Assembly: GCF_006345805.1 (NCBI RefSeq) | Contig: NC_043003.1 | Location: 105,896,001 to 105,960,000 of the forward strand | Length of the DNA: 64,000 nt | Source of the DNA: Octopus sinensis | Taxonomy: Eukaryota | Direction: 5' to 3' | Shown: positions 1-12,150 of the stretch, piece by piece | How positions within the stretch are numbered: the stretch's first letter is position 1 | Layout: every line of letters starts with the position of its first letter | Translations under genes and position numbers: made by a program | Notes under the pieces: model-generated | Seen by the model: the letters and a program-made list of their open reading frames with translations, nothing else | Databases searched by the model: none | Told to the model about the DNA's origin: nothing

Positions 1-731
1 CAGCTGTTGGCTGAGACCACTTGTAATGTACTCAGAGTTCAGTAATGTACTTCGATGTTCACTTACAAGCCACTTCTGATGAGCCATCTGGGCATTTGAG
101 AGACTCATTTTCTGGTGTGCTCATACACACTGCTCTTCGGCATGGTTCATATATGATGCTTACATTCTTGGATAGTCTGCCTCTGATTCTATAACATCTT
201 TTTGTGCCCATGGCTTACATTGAGTACAACATATGCAATTTATACTGACTCCCTTTCCTATATTTTCCATACATTTACTCACTTTCACACAAACCATATC
301 CAGTTATCCTGACACCACATCTACCAACCTAGGACATCGTTCACTTTTCTCAATTAATTGAATAAAAAGAAAATAGGAAAAAGAATGAAAAACATTACTG
401 TGATATTAATAGAAATGAAAGTGAGTCCTTGTAAGTCTGTTGGTCATTGAGGCATCACTGGAGACATTGTCTTGTGAAGGTCATCAAGGGCAAGGCAGAC
501 TAATAGAACCCACTCATTTACTTAATTATATTTACTTAATATAATTATTTACTTAATTATAAATCTTATGATGTGGTCTTGAAATGCTGTATGTTTTTAA
601 GTTTTTCTTTATCAGACCATGTGACACAATTTAATTCATACATGATTAGAGGGACAATTTAAATGTTATGTTTTTGACTTGCTTTCAGTTTGATTTCAAA
701 AAGCTGTTCATGCCAGCAACCTTGTTATTGC

Positions 732-932
732 TTAATCCTTTAATCCTTATTTATTTACGTTGACTTGATTTAATCTGTGTTATCTGATAGCTTTGAGATT
801 TTGATGGTGTGATTGCTCAGTTTTAGAATGACATTGCAGAGTAGGTCTGAGAGACCAGATCTGGCTAGTTTGTACATAAAACAGGTAAAATATTTTGGCT
901 GGATGTGTCTTGTTTAAATGCTAAAGGGTTAA
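732..932. mobile_element. Degenerate piggyBac-like MITE
   Basis: Right end AATGCTAAAGGG-TTAA (917-932); left end TTAA-TCCTTTA (732-742) is a degraded match. TTAA plus CCCT/AGGG termini are the piggyBac signature. Confidence 0.5.
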
Positions 933-2924
933 GCTGATAACGTTTGCCCTACATACATTTATAAGTCTGTCATAGATTGTTGTCTGGGTTTGGCTGAGTC
1001 TTATCTGTAGTAGTTGTGCATTTGGTTTCCTCAACATTAATTTGGAGACCCATTTGTCTTGCATTTGCAGCCGAGTAATGAAACCGTGATGGTTAGCAAT
1101 GTTATTGTTAATAGTTAGCAAGATCATCTGCATTAACGTAGATTAGAGATTATTTGACCTGCAACAGGGAACCCAGTATCGATTATTTCTTTCTTTCATT
1201 TTTATGGTCACTGCAACAAAATGCCTCCTTGCTTGACCTCTTCTATTATGTCCATGGTTATACTTGTACCAACATTGATCTCGAGAATCTGAATTAACTG
1301 TCATATTTAAATATAAGGAGGTCACATTTGGGCCAGCTGTATAACCCCTTTTAGTGGGGGAGCAAATGTGGCACGTACTCCAGCTATGTCACTGAACCAA
1401 ACAACAATAGACATTACTTTTTTCTCTTAAGTGTTGTGTTGGTTTTCAGCAGGTGAATCAATAGGTATCAGACAGTTGTTCTAATAAATTACGCAAATGT
1501 TATTCAGGTATGATTTATTATACTTTGTGGCAAAACCCATTTATGTCAAAATGTAACAAAACTCATTTGTCTTATGAAACCTGGTTGAGTGTTAAGTTCT
1601 CAGGATGTTTTATTTTTTTAAGTATTAGTTTCCAGTTGAGAATTGAAAGTTATAGTTTGGTGTTATTATAATAATGTTAAAACTGGTAATTTCTCTCAAG
1701 CCAGGGGGTAAGTTTAGCCAAAAAAGAAGCTTCTATGCAGCTACTTGACCTGTTAAAACAGTAGCTAGTTTACCTCCTTACACACTACTGTTTCAGAAAA
1801 GGAAAGCCAGTGATTAACACCCATTGAAGATGGATAACCACTCAGAAACCCAGGTCTATGTGTATCATGTAAGGATAGAGATAGGAGCAAATACTAATTG
1901 GACACAGATTGTGTATTGTTAGTCAGCTGGAGGAGATGTCTTCCTGGGGCTAAAAACAACAGTAACACCATCCACTCTTGGACTTCCACATTTAGTTGGC
2001 AAATATATTTTATGAAACCCAGATTGTTAGAAACTGACAAACTTCTTTTGAACTAGCAAGGGCAGGGATATAGTTACAGTAGGTGCTGCCCTAATGTTTG
2101 ACCCTCCCTCACACACACCAGCAGTATAGCCTCTACAGGTTTATTTAGCAGACCTAAAGTGCCTCCCTAATAAAAGCCTTGCTTGGAGTGGACAGCTCCC
2201 TACCTCAGTTATGTTACTGAATGAGGAAGCTTTTATTTGGTCACTTGATCTGTTAGAAACAGTAGCCTGAGTAACAAAGGGAGCCTCTTCTTAATAGAGG
2301 CTCAACCTGTTTAAAATAGCAGCCAAATTTCCTTTAATCACATACATTGCATCCTTAAAATAAAGGACACACATTGGCGAATGTAGCTATTGACATACAA
2401 AAAGGTGTGATGGCCATAACTGAAATGTCATTTTTATCGGAGTCAATCTATACGTAATTGACAACTGTTACCTTCTGTTTGACTTTGTGTATTGAGAAGT
2501 GTTAGGGGCCTCCCTCGCCTCTCCCTCCTCAACACAGACATTGGTTTAGATGTTTCATTTGTTTCGGTCATTGGGTTGCTGTTGTACTGAGGCACAGCTT
2601 TGGCGGGTTTCAGCTGACCAGGCTGACCACAGTACTTACTTTTTTAAAATTTGGTACTTTTTCTATTGGTCTCTTTTGTCAAACCACTTCAACGCAGGGC
2701 CATAAACAAACCAGCATCGATTTTCAAGAGCTGGTGAGGATACAAACACAGCGATACCACTGGATGGGTAATGTCAGTGTGCACACACAATAGTTAGTTT
2801 GTTCCTTCTTGAGCCATACCTGGCTCATAAGGGCCAGTTTCCTTGGCGTATGGGTTCCTCGCCTGGACGGGACGCTGGTCCGTTGCAGGTGAGCTGCAAG
2901 ATGCAGGAGGAAAGAGTGAGAAAA

Positions 2925-3088
2925 AGTTGTGGTGAAAGAGTCAGCAGAGGTTTGCCATTACCTTCTGCCGGAGCCATGTGGAACTTAGGTGTTTCGCTCA
3001 TAAACACACATATCGCCCGGTCTGAGATTCGAACCCGCAATCCCTCGACCGCGAGTCCGCTGCTCTAACCACTAGGCCATGTGCCTCC
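2925..3088 (-). mobile_element. SINE family E, 5' fragment (tRNA-derived head)
   Basis: Matches the head and body of the full copy at 32160-32541 in reverse. Confidence 0.75.
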
Positions 3089-3094
3089 ACACAC

Positions 3095-3345
3095 ACAACA
3101 GTGTAAGTGATGATTCAAGAGGAAAACTGGGTATAAGAGGCATTAGATTTTGTGTGCAAGAGGGAAGACTGCACTGGTATGATCATGTGATGTGTATTGA
3201 CAAGGACAGCTGCATAAAGAAGAGCCAGTCTGTAATTGTAGAAGGAACCTGTGGAAAGGGTAGGCCCTGGAAGGCATGGGAGTAAGGGGTGAGAAAGGAT
3301 CTTCAGATACCGGGCCTCACTGAGGAGATGACAATAAACCAAAAC
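3095..3345 (+). mobile_element. RTE-clade LINE 3' fragment (RT C-terminus)
   Basis: Translates KLGIRGIRFCVQEGRLHWYDHVM...GTCGKGRPWKAW, the typical RTE 'RL.W.GHV.R...G.R..GRP...W' tail. Confidence 0.75.
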
Positions 3346-3681
3346 TTGTGGTGAACTTGAGAAGATATGTCAAGCTAAGTAGAATTGTAGCCACCTGTGC
3401 ATTCAGGCGTGTCCTTTATGGCCATGCCCCAACTCTCTCTCTCTCACAGCTGAAAGGCCTGGCAGTTAATAGTCTCATGTAAAATGCCCTTGTGCTGGTG
3501 GCATATACAAAGCACCCAGCACTCTGTAAAGTGGTTGGTGTTTGGAAGGGTATTCAACCATAGAAACCATGCTAAAATGGAGCCTAGACAGCTCTCTGGC
3601 TGGACTGCCCCTGTCAAACCGTCCAATACATGCCAGCATGGAAAATGGACATTACATGAGATGATGGTATAATGATCGTAA

Positions 3682-3915
3682 GGCGGTGAGCTGGCAGAAA
3701 CGTTAGCACGCTGGGCAAAATGCTTAGTAGTATTTCGTCTGCTGTTACGTTCTGAGTTCAAATTCCGCTGAGGTCGACTTTGCCTTTCATCCCTTTTGGG
3801 GTCGATTAAATAAGTACCAGTTACGCACTGGGGTCAATGTAATCAACTTAATCCGTTTGTCTGTCCTTGTTTGTCCTCTCTGTGTTTAGCCCCTTGTGGG
3901 TAGTAAAGAAATAGG
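3682..3915 (+). mobile_element. SINE family B (tRNA head + Meta-domain-like core)
   Basis: GGCGGTGAGCTGGCAGAAACG head, B-box GAGTTCAAATTCC, core GTCGACTTTGCCTTTCATCC...GGGGTCGAT. Many near-identical copies in the window. Confidence 0.85.
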
Positions 3916-4226
3916 TATGGTTCTTACAGCTGGATGCCCTTGCTAATGCCAACCACTTTGCAGAAAGTACCAGCTTGGGTGCTTTATGCATTGCACCTGC
4001 ACAGGTGCCGTATCCGTAGCATAAATATTAACGGTTTTATTGTATTTTTGTGGCAGGATCAGAAAATATTTTTATTTTTGGAATATTTTAATTAACAAAT
4101 CTTGTTTTCTGTTAACTACTGTGTTGTTTGGCTTTGTTCATTTCAAAGAAATTATAATTATATATTTATTTTAATTACAACTGGAGCAGCAATAATCTAA
4201 TTTATTTATCTTATATTTCTGTATAG

Positions 4227-4312
4227 GTTAGTGGTCTTAAAATTGGATGTTACGAACCATAGGGATATTGAAAATGCGAAAAGCTATGCACAAGAATTAC
4301 TTGGAGAAGATG
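4227..4312 (+). CDS. SDR9C-type dehydrogenase (BDH1/RDH/HSD17B-like), internal exon A
   Basis: tag|G TTA GTG...GAT G|gtaag. Translates (R)LVVLKLDVTNHRDIENAKSYAQELLGED(G), with the SDR 'LDVT' motif; phase matches the next exon. Confidence 0.9.
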
Positions 4313-4467
4313 GTAAGTGCACTTGAGGTTGTTGTATGTTATGTCTTTTATAATGTTGAATAAATCTATGGGATAAGGTATTTTAATCTGACCATTCCAT
4401 TATTTTTCAAACATAGTGTTTGTAATAACTTCTTGTAACCATTATATTTTTGCTCCTTATTCTTTAG

Positions 4468-4650
4468 GTCTGTGGGGTCTTGTCAACAATGCTGGAATTT
4501 CTTACTTTGCTGAGACTGAAATGACATCTGAAGAAATATTCCAGAAGACAATTAATGTTAATCTTTTTGGTACAATTCGATTGACAAAAGCATTCTTACC
4601 TTTAATTAGAAAAAGCAAAGGTAGAATAATCAACATGGCCAGTTTCGTTG
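4468..4650 (+). CDS. SDR9C-type dehydrogenase, exon B
   Basis: ttag| ... |gtaat. Translates [61 protein letters not shown], with NNAG, NLFG and the catalytic Ser region. Confidence 0.95.
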
Positions 4651-4727
4651 GTAATTTCTTTTTTCTTTTTTTCTTACTTTCTTGAATAAGCTTTATGGAA
4701 GACAGTTTGCCAATTTCATTTTAAAAC

Positions 4728-4958
4728 ATTTCTTTATTACCCACAAGGGGCTAAACATAGGGGACAAACAAAGACAGACAAAGGGATTATGTTGATTACA
4801 TCGACCCCAGTGCGTAACTGGTACTTAATTTATCGACCCCAAAAGGATGAAAAGCAAAGTCGACCTCAGCAGAATTTGAATTCAGAACGTAACGACAGAG
4901 ATCAAATACCGTTAAGCATTCCACCCAGCGTGCTAACGATTCTGCCAGCTCGCTGCCT
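4728..4958 (-). mobile_element. SINE family B
   Basis: Full-length reverse copy flanked by a TTTTAAAACATT duplication. Confidence 0.85.
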
Positions 4959-5734
4959 TTTTAAAACATTCTATCAAAGAAAACTCTCTGCCATTGATTA
5001 CTCGGGGGTGCCATCTGCATGTGTAACAGCAGTTGAGTTATAATTATATTTAATGAGTATCAAAAATCGATTTGTGTCACTTTGGTCAAGTCTCTTCTTC
5101 TGTAGTGTCTCGGCATCACATGGCAGTTGTAAATCAGTGTCATTTGTTTCCAATATTGTGTGAAAACATACGGAAATATTATCTTGCTTGGAAACAGGTG
5201 AGGGTTGGTGACAGGAAGGGCATCCAACTGTAGAGCACTTGTCTCAATAAACTCTGTCTGAAGTGGACATTAAAACTATGATGGTAGTGATTACCTTTTG
5301 GAAATCTTTCTACACTTATTTGAAAACTGAATGTTTAAGTTTGAAAAGTTGGTTGTTTGATTATCTTTAGTCTTACCTGAAAGTCACCTGTTTCACTTTA
5401 CCCCTTTCTCTTTCTCATCATCTTTGAAGTCATTGGAACATGTCTCTTGGCTCTTACATTCCTCCCAACTGGTGGAGTGATTGAACTGTCTATGCCAGTT
5501 TCTATCTCCGTCTACCAATATTTCTGACCAAACGCATTATTTCCTTATCTCCAAACCCCGCCTTTACTCCCCGGATCTTCTGATCAGGCTATCTTATATT
5601 TCCTTCCTCCACTACACACACCTTTCTCGTACTTAACGCCAGGTAACTAATTTTATACCAACAGCAAATATGGTTTAAACTTTGCCCTTTATGAGATAGC
5701 TCATTACCATAACCTTTGGACATCTCTGTATCAA

Positions 5735-5960
5735 GTCTCAAGATCCATAGGGTTGGTTACCTGTTTTCCATGGTGTACAAGTGATTGAGATGACAACATT
5801 CCCCCTGGATGGGAAGTCAGTCCCTCATAGTCATTCATTGTAGCTGAGTGGACTGGAGCAATGTGAAATGAAGTGTTTAGCTCAAGAACGCACCACCTTA
5901 TCCAGGAATAGAAACCACGCTCTTGTAATTGTGAATGCAACTCTCTAACCACTAGGCTAT
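5735..5960 (-). mobile_element. SINE family F (degenerate)
   Basis: Reverse homolog of 52864-53195 (TGAAATGAAGTGT...GCTCAAG...CTCTAACCACT). Confidence 0.55.
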
Positions 5961-6364
5961 GTGGCTGAGAAAACTCAGCAGGTACTTAGAACTGTCCTTC
6001 TTGGTATGTCCTTCTACATCTCTTACACAAACCTCATAAGACCAAAGCCCACAGCTGATTGTAATTGCATGGGTGAACAACCCAGCTTCCAACATTTAGA
6101 GGAACTCCACCACCAACGCCGACAACGAGATGTTGTTTTTATCCACAATGCCTGCAAGACAGACTTCTAAAAAAAAAAGCAAGGCATCACTCAACCTGCA
6201 AGCTCTCTTGCTTTCCAAAATGCAGCAGAACCTTCTGTTTTAACTTTTGCTGTTGTTGAGTCCGGATCGCTCCTGACTGAGAAACCTGATGAAAGACATT
6301 CCATTTTTGACCATCCTATCTTATCCAAAAATACAATGCAGTTAGGATTACAAGCTGAATATCT

Positions 6365-6575
6365 TCATCATTTAATGTCTGTTTTCCGTGCTAGCATGGG
6401 TTGGACGGTTCAACTGGGGTCTGGGAAGCCAGGAGGTTGCACCAGGCTCCAGTCTGATCTGGCAGTGTTTCTACAGCTGGATGCCCTTCCTGATACCAAC
6501 CACTCCGGGAGTGTAGTGGGTGCTTTTTACATGCCACTGGCACAGGTGCCAGGGGAGGCTGGCAGCGGCCAAAAG
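6365..6575 (-). mobile_element. SINE family C / RTE-like 3' tail repeat
   Basis: Reverse of ...AGGAAGGGCATCCAGCTGTAGAAA...CCCATGCTAGCA...(GAT)n, which recurs more than 10 times in the window. Confidence 0.8.
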
Positions 6576-6759
6576 TCTGATGCTCTACCGACTGAGCTAT
6601 GCAGGTGAACTTATTTCTAAATTGGTAAGATGCAATATGAAGGAAATTTGGTTCCACTTTCAACTGACTGAGAGACTTTAGCATAGAGGCTCTGTAGTTG
6701 GTTTGGTTTTACTTTTGTAGATAACCTAAATTAATTTAATTATCTGTATTCATTCATTC

Positions 6760-6952
6760 ATTCATTTGACTGTGGCCATGCTGGAGCACCGCCTTTAGTC
6801 GAGGAAATCGACCCCAGGACTTATTCTTTGTAAGCCTAGTACTTATTCTATCAGTCCTTTTTGCCGAACCGCTAAGTTACGGGGACGTAAACACATCAGC
6901 ATCGGTTGTCAAGCGATGTTGGGGGAGGGGGACAAACACAACACACAAACAT

Positions 6953-6991
<39 letters not shown>

Positions 6992-7156
6992 TACGACGGG
7001 CTTCTTTCAGTTTCCGTCTACCAAATCCACTCACAAGGCTTTGGTTGGCCCGAGGCTATAGTAGAAGACACTTGCCCAAGGTGCCACGCAGTGGGACTGA
7101 ACCCGGAACCATGTGGTTCGTAAGCAAGTTACTTACCACACAGCCACTCATACGCC
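6760..7156 (-). mobile_element. SINE family A (tRNA head, CORE-like segment, internal microsatellite)
   Basis: Reverse of the GGCGCAGGAGTGGCTGTGTGG...GGCACCTTGGGCAAGTG...CTCCAGCATGGCC consensus. Confidence 0.9.
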
Positions 7157-7247
7157 TATCTTAATACTTTTGATAGAGAGCTCTAGTATTCTGTTAAATT
7201 TTCTTATGCATAATTCTATTCTGATTTTCCCCCAACTGTCTTTACAG

Positions 7248-7385
7248 CAAGAATTCCTATCAACGGGACAAGTGCTTACTCTGTTTCTAAAAGTGCCATT
7301 GTTGCCTTCTCAGATATTCTGCGTCTTGAAATGAAAAAATGGGACGTTCATGTTTCCATCATTGAACCACTTGGATTTCAAACGA
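7248..7385 (+). CDS. SDR9C-type dehydrogenase, exon C (catalytic YxxxK)
   Basis: tttacag| ... |gtaag. Translates (A)RIPINGTSAYSVSKSAIVAFSDILRLEMKKWDVHVSIIEPLGFQT; YSVSK is the SDR active site. Confidence 0.95.
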
Positions 7386-8024
7386 GTAAGTACTTCTTTG
7401 ACTCAGCATTTCATTGTTTGGGGTTTGTTGATGTTTAGCCACAGGTCAACCCTAGTCCAACAGACCTGTTCAAAGGCACTCCATTTGTGACTGTGCCATG
7501 TTTTATGTTACAGTGTGGACATCAGTGCATTGTTTGGGTGTAGATAAAATAAGTAACTGCCAACAACTATATTTTGGAACACAGCAAAAAGAAAACCCAG
7601 AAGACACACAGACAAACCATGTGGTTTCAGGTTCAATCCCACTGGACTGACCAATGACCTGTGAGTGAATTTGATAGATGGAAACCATCTGGAAGCCTTT
7701 TGTGTGTGTGTGTGTGAGAATATGTGTGTGTGTGTGTTTGCCTCCCCACCCCCCCAAATACCAGTGTTGGTTTCTTTAAGTCTCCTAATGTAGCAGTTCA
7801 GCAAGAGAGACTGATGGAATAAGTATCAGATTGCAAAGAAAAATAAGTTTTGGGGTTACTGTTTCTGAGTACAAAAATCTTCAATGTTGTTCTCCACCAT
7901 GGCCACAGTTCGATGACTGAAACATGTAGGAAAAAAAAAATAAACGCAATTGTGATTAATAAGAATTCTTGTATCTTCCATCTCTCTTTTACCATATATA
8001 TATGTCATTGCCAGTGCCGCTGGA

Positions 8025-8285
8025 TTGGCTCCTGTGCAGGTGCCACATAAAAAGCACCATTTGAGCTTGGCCGCTGCCAGTACCGCCTGACTGGCCCTCG
8101 TGCCGGTGGCACGTAAAAGCACCCACTACACTCTCGGAGTGGTTGGCTTTAGGAAGGGCATCCAGCTGTAGAAACTCTGCCAGATCAGATTGGAGTCTGG
8201 TGCAGCCATCTGGTTCGCCAGGCCTCAGTCAAATCGTCCAACCCATGCTAGCATGGAAAGCGGACGTTAAACGATGATGATGATC
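8025..8285 (+). mobile_element. SINE family C
   Basis: GTGCCGGTGGCACGTAAAAGCACC subrepeats, AGGAAGGGCATCCAG, (GAT)n tail. Confidence 0.85.
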
Positions 8286-9139
8286 ATGTATATATATCGT
8301 ATTGAGATGCCTGCTCCACACCAATGTTGATGTGTTCAGCTGCCAGCTCTGGTTTTGCTGCTTGTCAAGGTGAGGAGGGCAAACTGTCAAAGTAGCAGTT
8401 GCTCTCTGACAGGTTTGTAGTTGAACCTGTGGAGTGGAGACTGCTGGTATTCTTGGCCCCTGGACCACATCTTGGCTCACCTCTTACAGGGCAGAGATGG
8501 CTATCTGCAAGTGTGAGCCCTGTGAATCAGTGTCTGTTCCAGTGCAAGCCTTTCACCATCTCTTGGGGCAATGCCCTTTCCGTTTTGTCCCCTAGGGCCA
8601 TGAGGCAGATTGACAAACTTTTTTTTAAACACTTAAGTTCATGAACCAGTGTCTGCTCAGTACCATATCCACTTCCTTTTTAAACTAAAGAAATGGTAAT
8701 TGATAGACAGTGCTCGTTATTTTGTAAAAATAAAACAAAAAAAAAAAGAAAGAGTAAGAAAGACAAAAAATACGCAAAACTATTCCTAAACATATCTGAC
8801 AGAATTTGACTTCAACAGTTTTCTTAACCATTTCAAAATAAATGTCTCCGATTCTTTTGAAATGTCTTAAACTAATTTTAGTCTATAAAGCTAATGCTTT
8901 TTGATGTTCAGCAATAAATCTGTCAACACTTACAAAAATACCCCCCCCCCCCCGCCATTTACTTGAAAACGATATAAATGACATACCTCTCCTTGCCCTG
9001 CTATTTCATATCAACAACAGTGACCACCTGTTGAATATTTCTGGCCATAAAAAGTTAAAACTCTGCTTGCGAAGACCTTTTGAGGCAAGTGAAATTGAAA
9101 TCGATCAAAAAATCAATGGAAATTGTAGTTGTGATACCA

Positions 9140-9435
9140 GTGCCGGTGGCACGTAAAAGAACCATCTGTTTCTGTTGCCAGCGCCACCTTGACTGGCCTC
9201 TGTGCTGGTGGCACGTAAAAAGCACCAACCGATCGTGGCCGTTGCCACCCTCGCCTGGCATGTAAAAAGCACCCACTACACTCTCGGAGTGGTTGGCATT
9301 AGGAAGGGCATCCAGCTGTAGAAACACTGCCAGATCAGGTTGGAACCTGGTGCTGCTGCTGGTTCTCCAGACCTCAGTCAAATCGTCCAACCCATGCCAG
9401 CATAGAAAACAGACGTTAAACAATGATGATGATGA
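9140..9435 (+). mobile_element. SINE family C
   Basis: Same family, three internal subrepeats, (GAT)n tail. Confidence 0.85.
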
Positions 9436-9449
9436 TATATATATATATA

Positions 9450-9689
9450 TCTAATAAAGGGGCATGTAAGCCCTCAACAGAAAAAAGAAGGCTTTCCTCT
9501 CCACGTGGGACTCAAACCCACATTCCTTTGTTAACATGACTGTGTTATCTTTACACCTGCAAATTAGCTAATTCGCTGGTGTGAAGGTAACACACTTAGT
9601 CATGTTAACAAAGGGATGTGGGTTTGAGTCCCACGTGGAGAGGAAAGCCTTCTTTTTTCTGTTGAGGGCTTATATGCCCCTTTATTAGA
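9450..9689. repeat. 240-bp loopless palindrome (foldback)
   Basis: Arms of about 118 bp centred on AATTAG|CTAATT (about 9567), with roughly six substitutions and one short indel. Confidence 0.95.
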
Positions 9690-9989
9690 CTATTTTCCTT
9701 GCACGGTGATCGTCATAAGCTTTAAGCTTATAAAAAAAATACCATTATTATTATTATTCACTGGATTGTAAAACACGGTGCCTTATAGCAAAACCATTAG
9801 CACCGAAATATATATATATATATATATATATATAAGCAAAATAGCAAATTGTAAAATCTCGACGAGATCAGAGTATTAATTCTAACGAGTCAGTTACCAC
9901 ATCAAAGTGGCTGTTCCATGTTACTACTAGTTTAACCCCAGGCAAATCTTCTGCCAGCTGGTCATCAGTGCAATGCTGCACCCTTTCAT

Positions 9990-10290
9990 CATCATCATCA
10001 TCATCGTTTAGCGTCCGCTTCCCATGCTAGCATGGGTTGGACGGTTCAACTGGGATCTGTGAAGCCAGAAGGCTGCACCAGGCCCAGTTTGATCTGGCAA
10101 TGTTTCTACAGCTGGATGCCCTTCCTAACGCCAACCACTCTATGAGTGTAGTGGGTGCTTTCTACATGCCACTGGCACAGGTGCCAGATGAGTCTGGCAA
10201 ACGGCCACGAACGGATGGTGCTTTTTATGTACCCCCGGCACAGGGGCCAGGCGAGGCTGGCAACGTCCACGAACGGATGGTGCTTTTTAC
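9990..10290 (-). mobile_element. SINE family C
   Basis: (CAT)n then the reverse family C body; inverted relative to the copies at 8025 and 9140. Confidence 0.85.
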
Positions 10291-11263
10291 GTGGGGAGCG
10301 AACCTTTACCATCCTCTAGCAGATGACAGGATTGTGAGACTGACTTGGTTTCCAGCCTGTTGGCTCATCCTCATCCACGAGCAGCACCTGGTCACTTGTT
10401 ACTATAGTTACTACTCTGGTTTTTTTAAATATTTTCAGCCTGGTACTTTTCCTATGTGTCTCTTTTGCCAGACTGCTAAGTTATAGGGATGTAAACACAC
10501 TAACACCAACTGCTGTGTGATGGTGGGGGACAACCTACACACACACACACAATGGGCTTCTTTCAGTTTCCATCTAACAAAGCCACTGACAAGGCTTTGG
10601 TCAGCTTGAGGCTATAACCCAAGGTGCCACACAGTGGGTTTGAACTCAGAACCAGGTGGTTGGGAAGCAAGCCTCTTACCACACAGTCACACCTGCTTTT
10701 ATATGAATGGTTGTTTTTGGTTTGTTTTGTGATTAAGAATTGATGGCAGAATCGGGATTTGCTTATTTGCGTCCCTTTAGTTGATGGGTTTCAAATCTCT
10801 CCCAAGGACTTTGCTTTTCATCCGGACAAAGTCAGTAACATACAATAAGAATTGGGTTTGATAGAACCGAACATACCCTTAAAGCCTGTTTTCCCAGCTC
10901 GGACACGGTACAGTGAGAGAAAACCGATCGACAGATACAAGATTATTATTTATCCTCTTAAGGATAATTTTTCTATTAAGTCTCATGACTTCAGGTATGA
11001 AGACTTCGAAATCAAATTCCATGTATTTCATGATACAATAGAGATTTAAAAAAAAAAATTGCTAACTTGAACCATATTTATAGCATGGAAAATGATTCTA
11101 TGATTCTATTTTCACATTCTTAGCCTCGAATTATGTGCGTCTGAACGGTTGAAAGAAATTACGTTTCAGAATTGGATATTAAAAAAAAATATGTAATAAG
11201 GGAGATAACTTGTACTTATTTACCATTAGAAATATTTAGTTTTATTTCTTTTCTCTTTTGCAG

Positions 11264-11619
11264 ACAACTTCAATGAACAGGTTTTAGAAAGTCGACTCCA
11301 AGAAATTTGGGACTCCCTAGATGAAGAATGCCAGTTAGTTTATGGAAAACGATACCTTGAAGATCTTTACAAGTCATACAAAGAATTATTGCCTAAGATC
11401 CCTACAGACCTCTCTCCTGTAGTTCAAGCTGTTTCTGGTGCTCTTCTCTCAAAAAACCCACGTGAACGCTACCCTTGCAGCCAAGGAGCAGATATTCTTA
11501 CAAGTATATACAGCATCCTACCCATCAGACTTGCTGACAAAATATCAAAATTAGTATCGGTGATTCCTAAAAACTCACGACCGGTTGCATTGGAACCATC
11601 CTCTCACCTCGTACCCTAG
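11264..11619 (+). CDS. SDR9C-type dehydrogenase, terminal exon D
   Basis: ttttgcag|AC AAC TTC...CCC TAG. Translates (N)NFNEQVLESRLQEIWDSLDEECQLVYGKRYL...DLSPVVQAVSGALLSKNPRERYPCSQG...; 'YG..Y' and 'PV..A+..AL.S..P..RY' are SDR9C hallmarks. Confidence 0.93.
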
Positions 11620-12018
11620 AGGACTTATTTCCTCAAATGAGAAGGAAAACATTTCTTGTGCTGTTGACTGTAACATTTGGCTGTGTCTGTCATGTGAGGA
11701 AAAATTTTGGCATTGGTTGAGAATATCTTTTTATGTTCACACGTGGCCAAATTCATTTAAAAAATTGCTAATGTGTGTTTGTGGTTAGTTTCTGAATTTG
11801 AAAGAGAATCCGCAATCGTTTCAGCTTTTTAATTATTGTATCAAAGATCAAATTATAATGTGGCCAATTCGCTATTGATCATTTACCATTATTCATCATG
11901 GGACTGAATTTTTCTGTATCAGCATTAGACAATATCTCTCATTGAATTAACTCTGCTGTGATATATATTTTAAGTCTTTATATCATATCTGTGAGTTTGT
12001 ATTATTTTTCCTGCTCGT

Positions 12019-12150
12019 ATGTATGCACACATATCTGATTGTATGTATGTATGTATGCATGTATGTATATATGTATGTATGCATATCTGAGTGTATGTAT
12101 CTATATGTGTATGTATGTATGTATGTATATATGCATGTATGTATGTGTGT
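12019..12150. repeat. (TATG)n/(TG)n microsatellite in the presumed SDR 3' UTR region
   Basis: Direct reading of the sequence. Confidence 0.9.

Noticed and set aside
1465-1507. Possible upstream SDR exon (VSDSCSNKLRKCYS, ag...gt bounded)
   Set aside because: It ends in phase 1, while the exon at 4227 needs phase 2; it would work only with an alternative acceptor at 4231. No GxxxGxG exon was found in the window, so the N-terminus is left unassigned.
9768-9812. GGTGC...GCACC-GAAA next to the palindrome as a hammerhead stem II
   Set aside because: No CUGANGA-like strand upstream.
10037-10486. Recurrent ORFs containing [28 protein letters not shown] or RKDERQSRPRRNLNSE (many loci)
   Set aside because: Chance reading frames through SINE families C, A and B.
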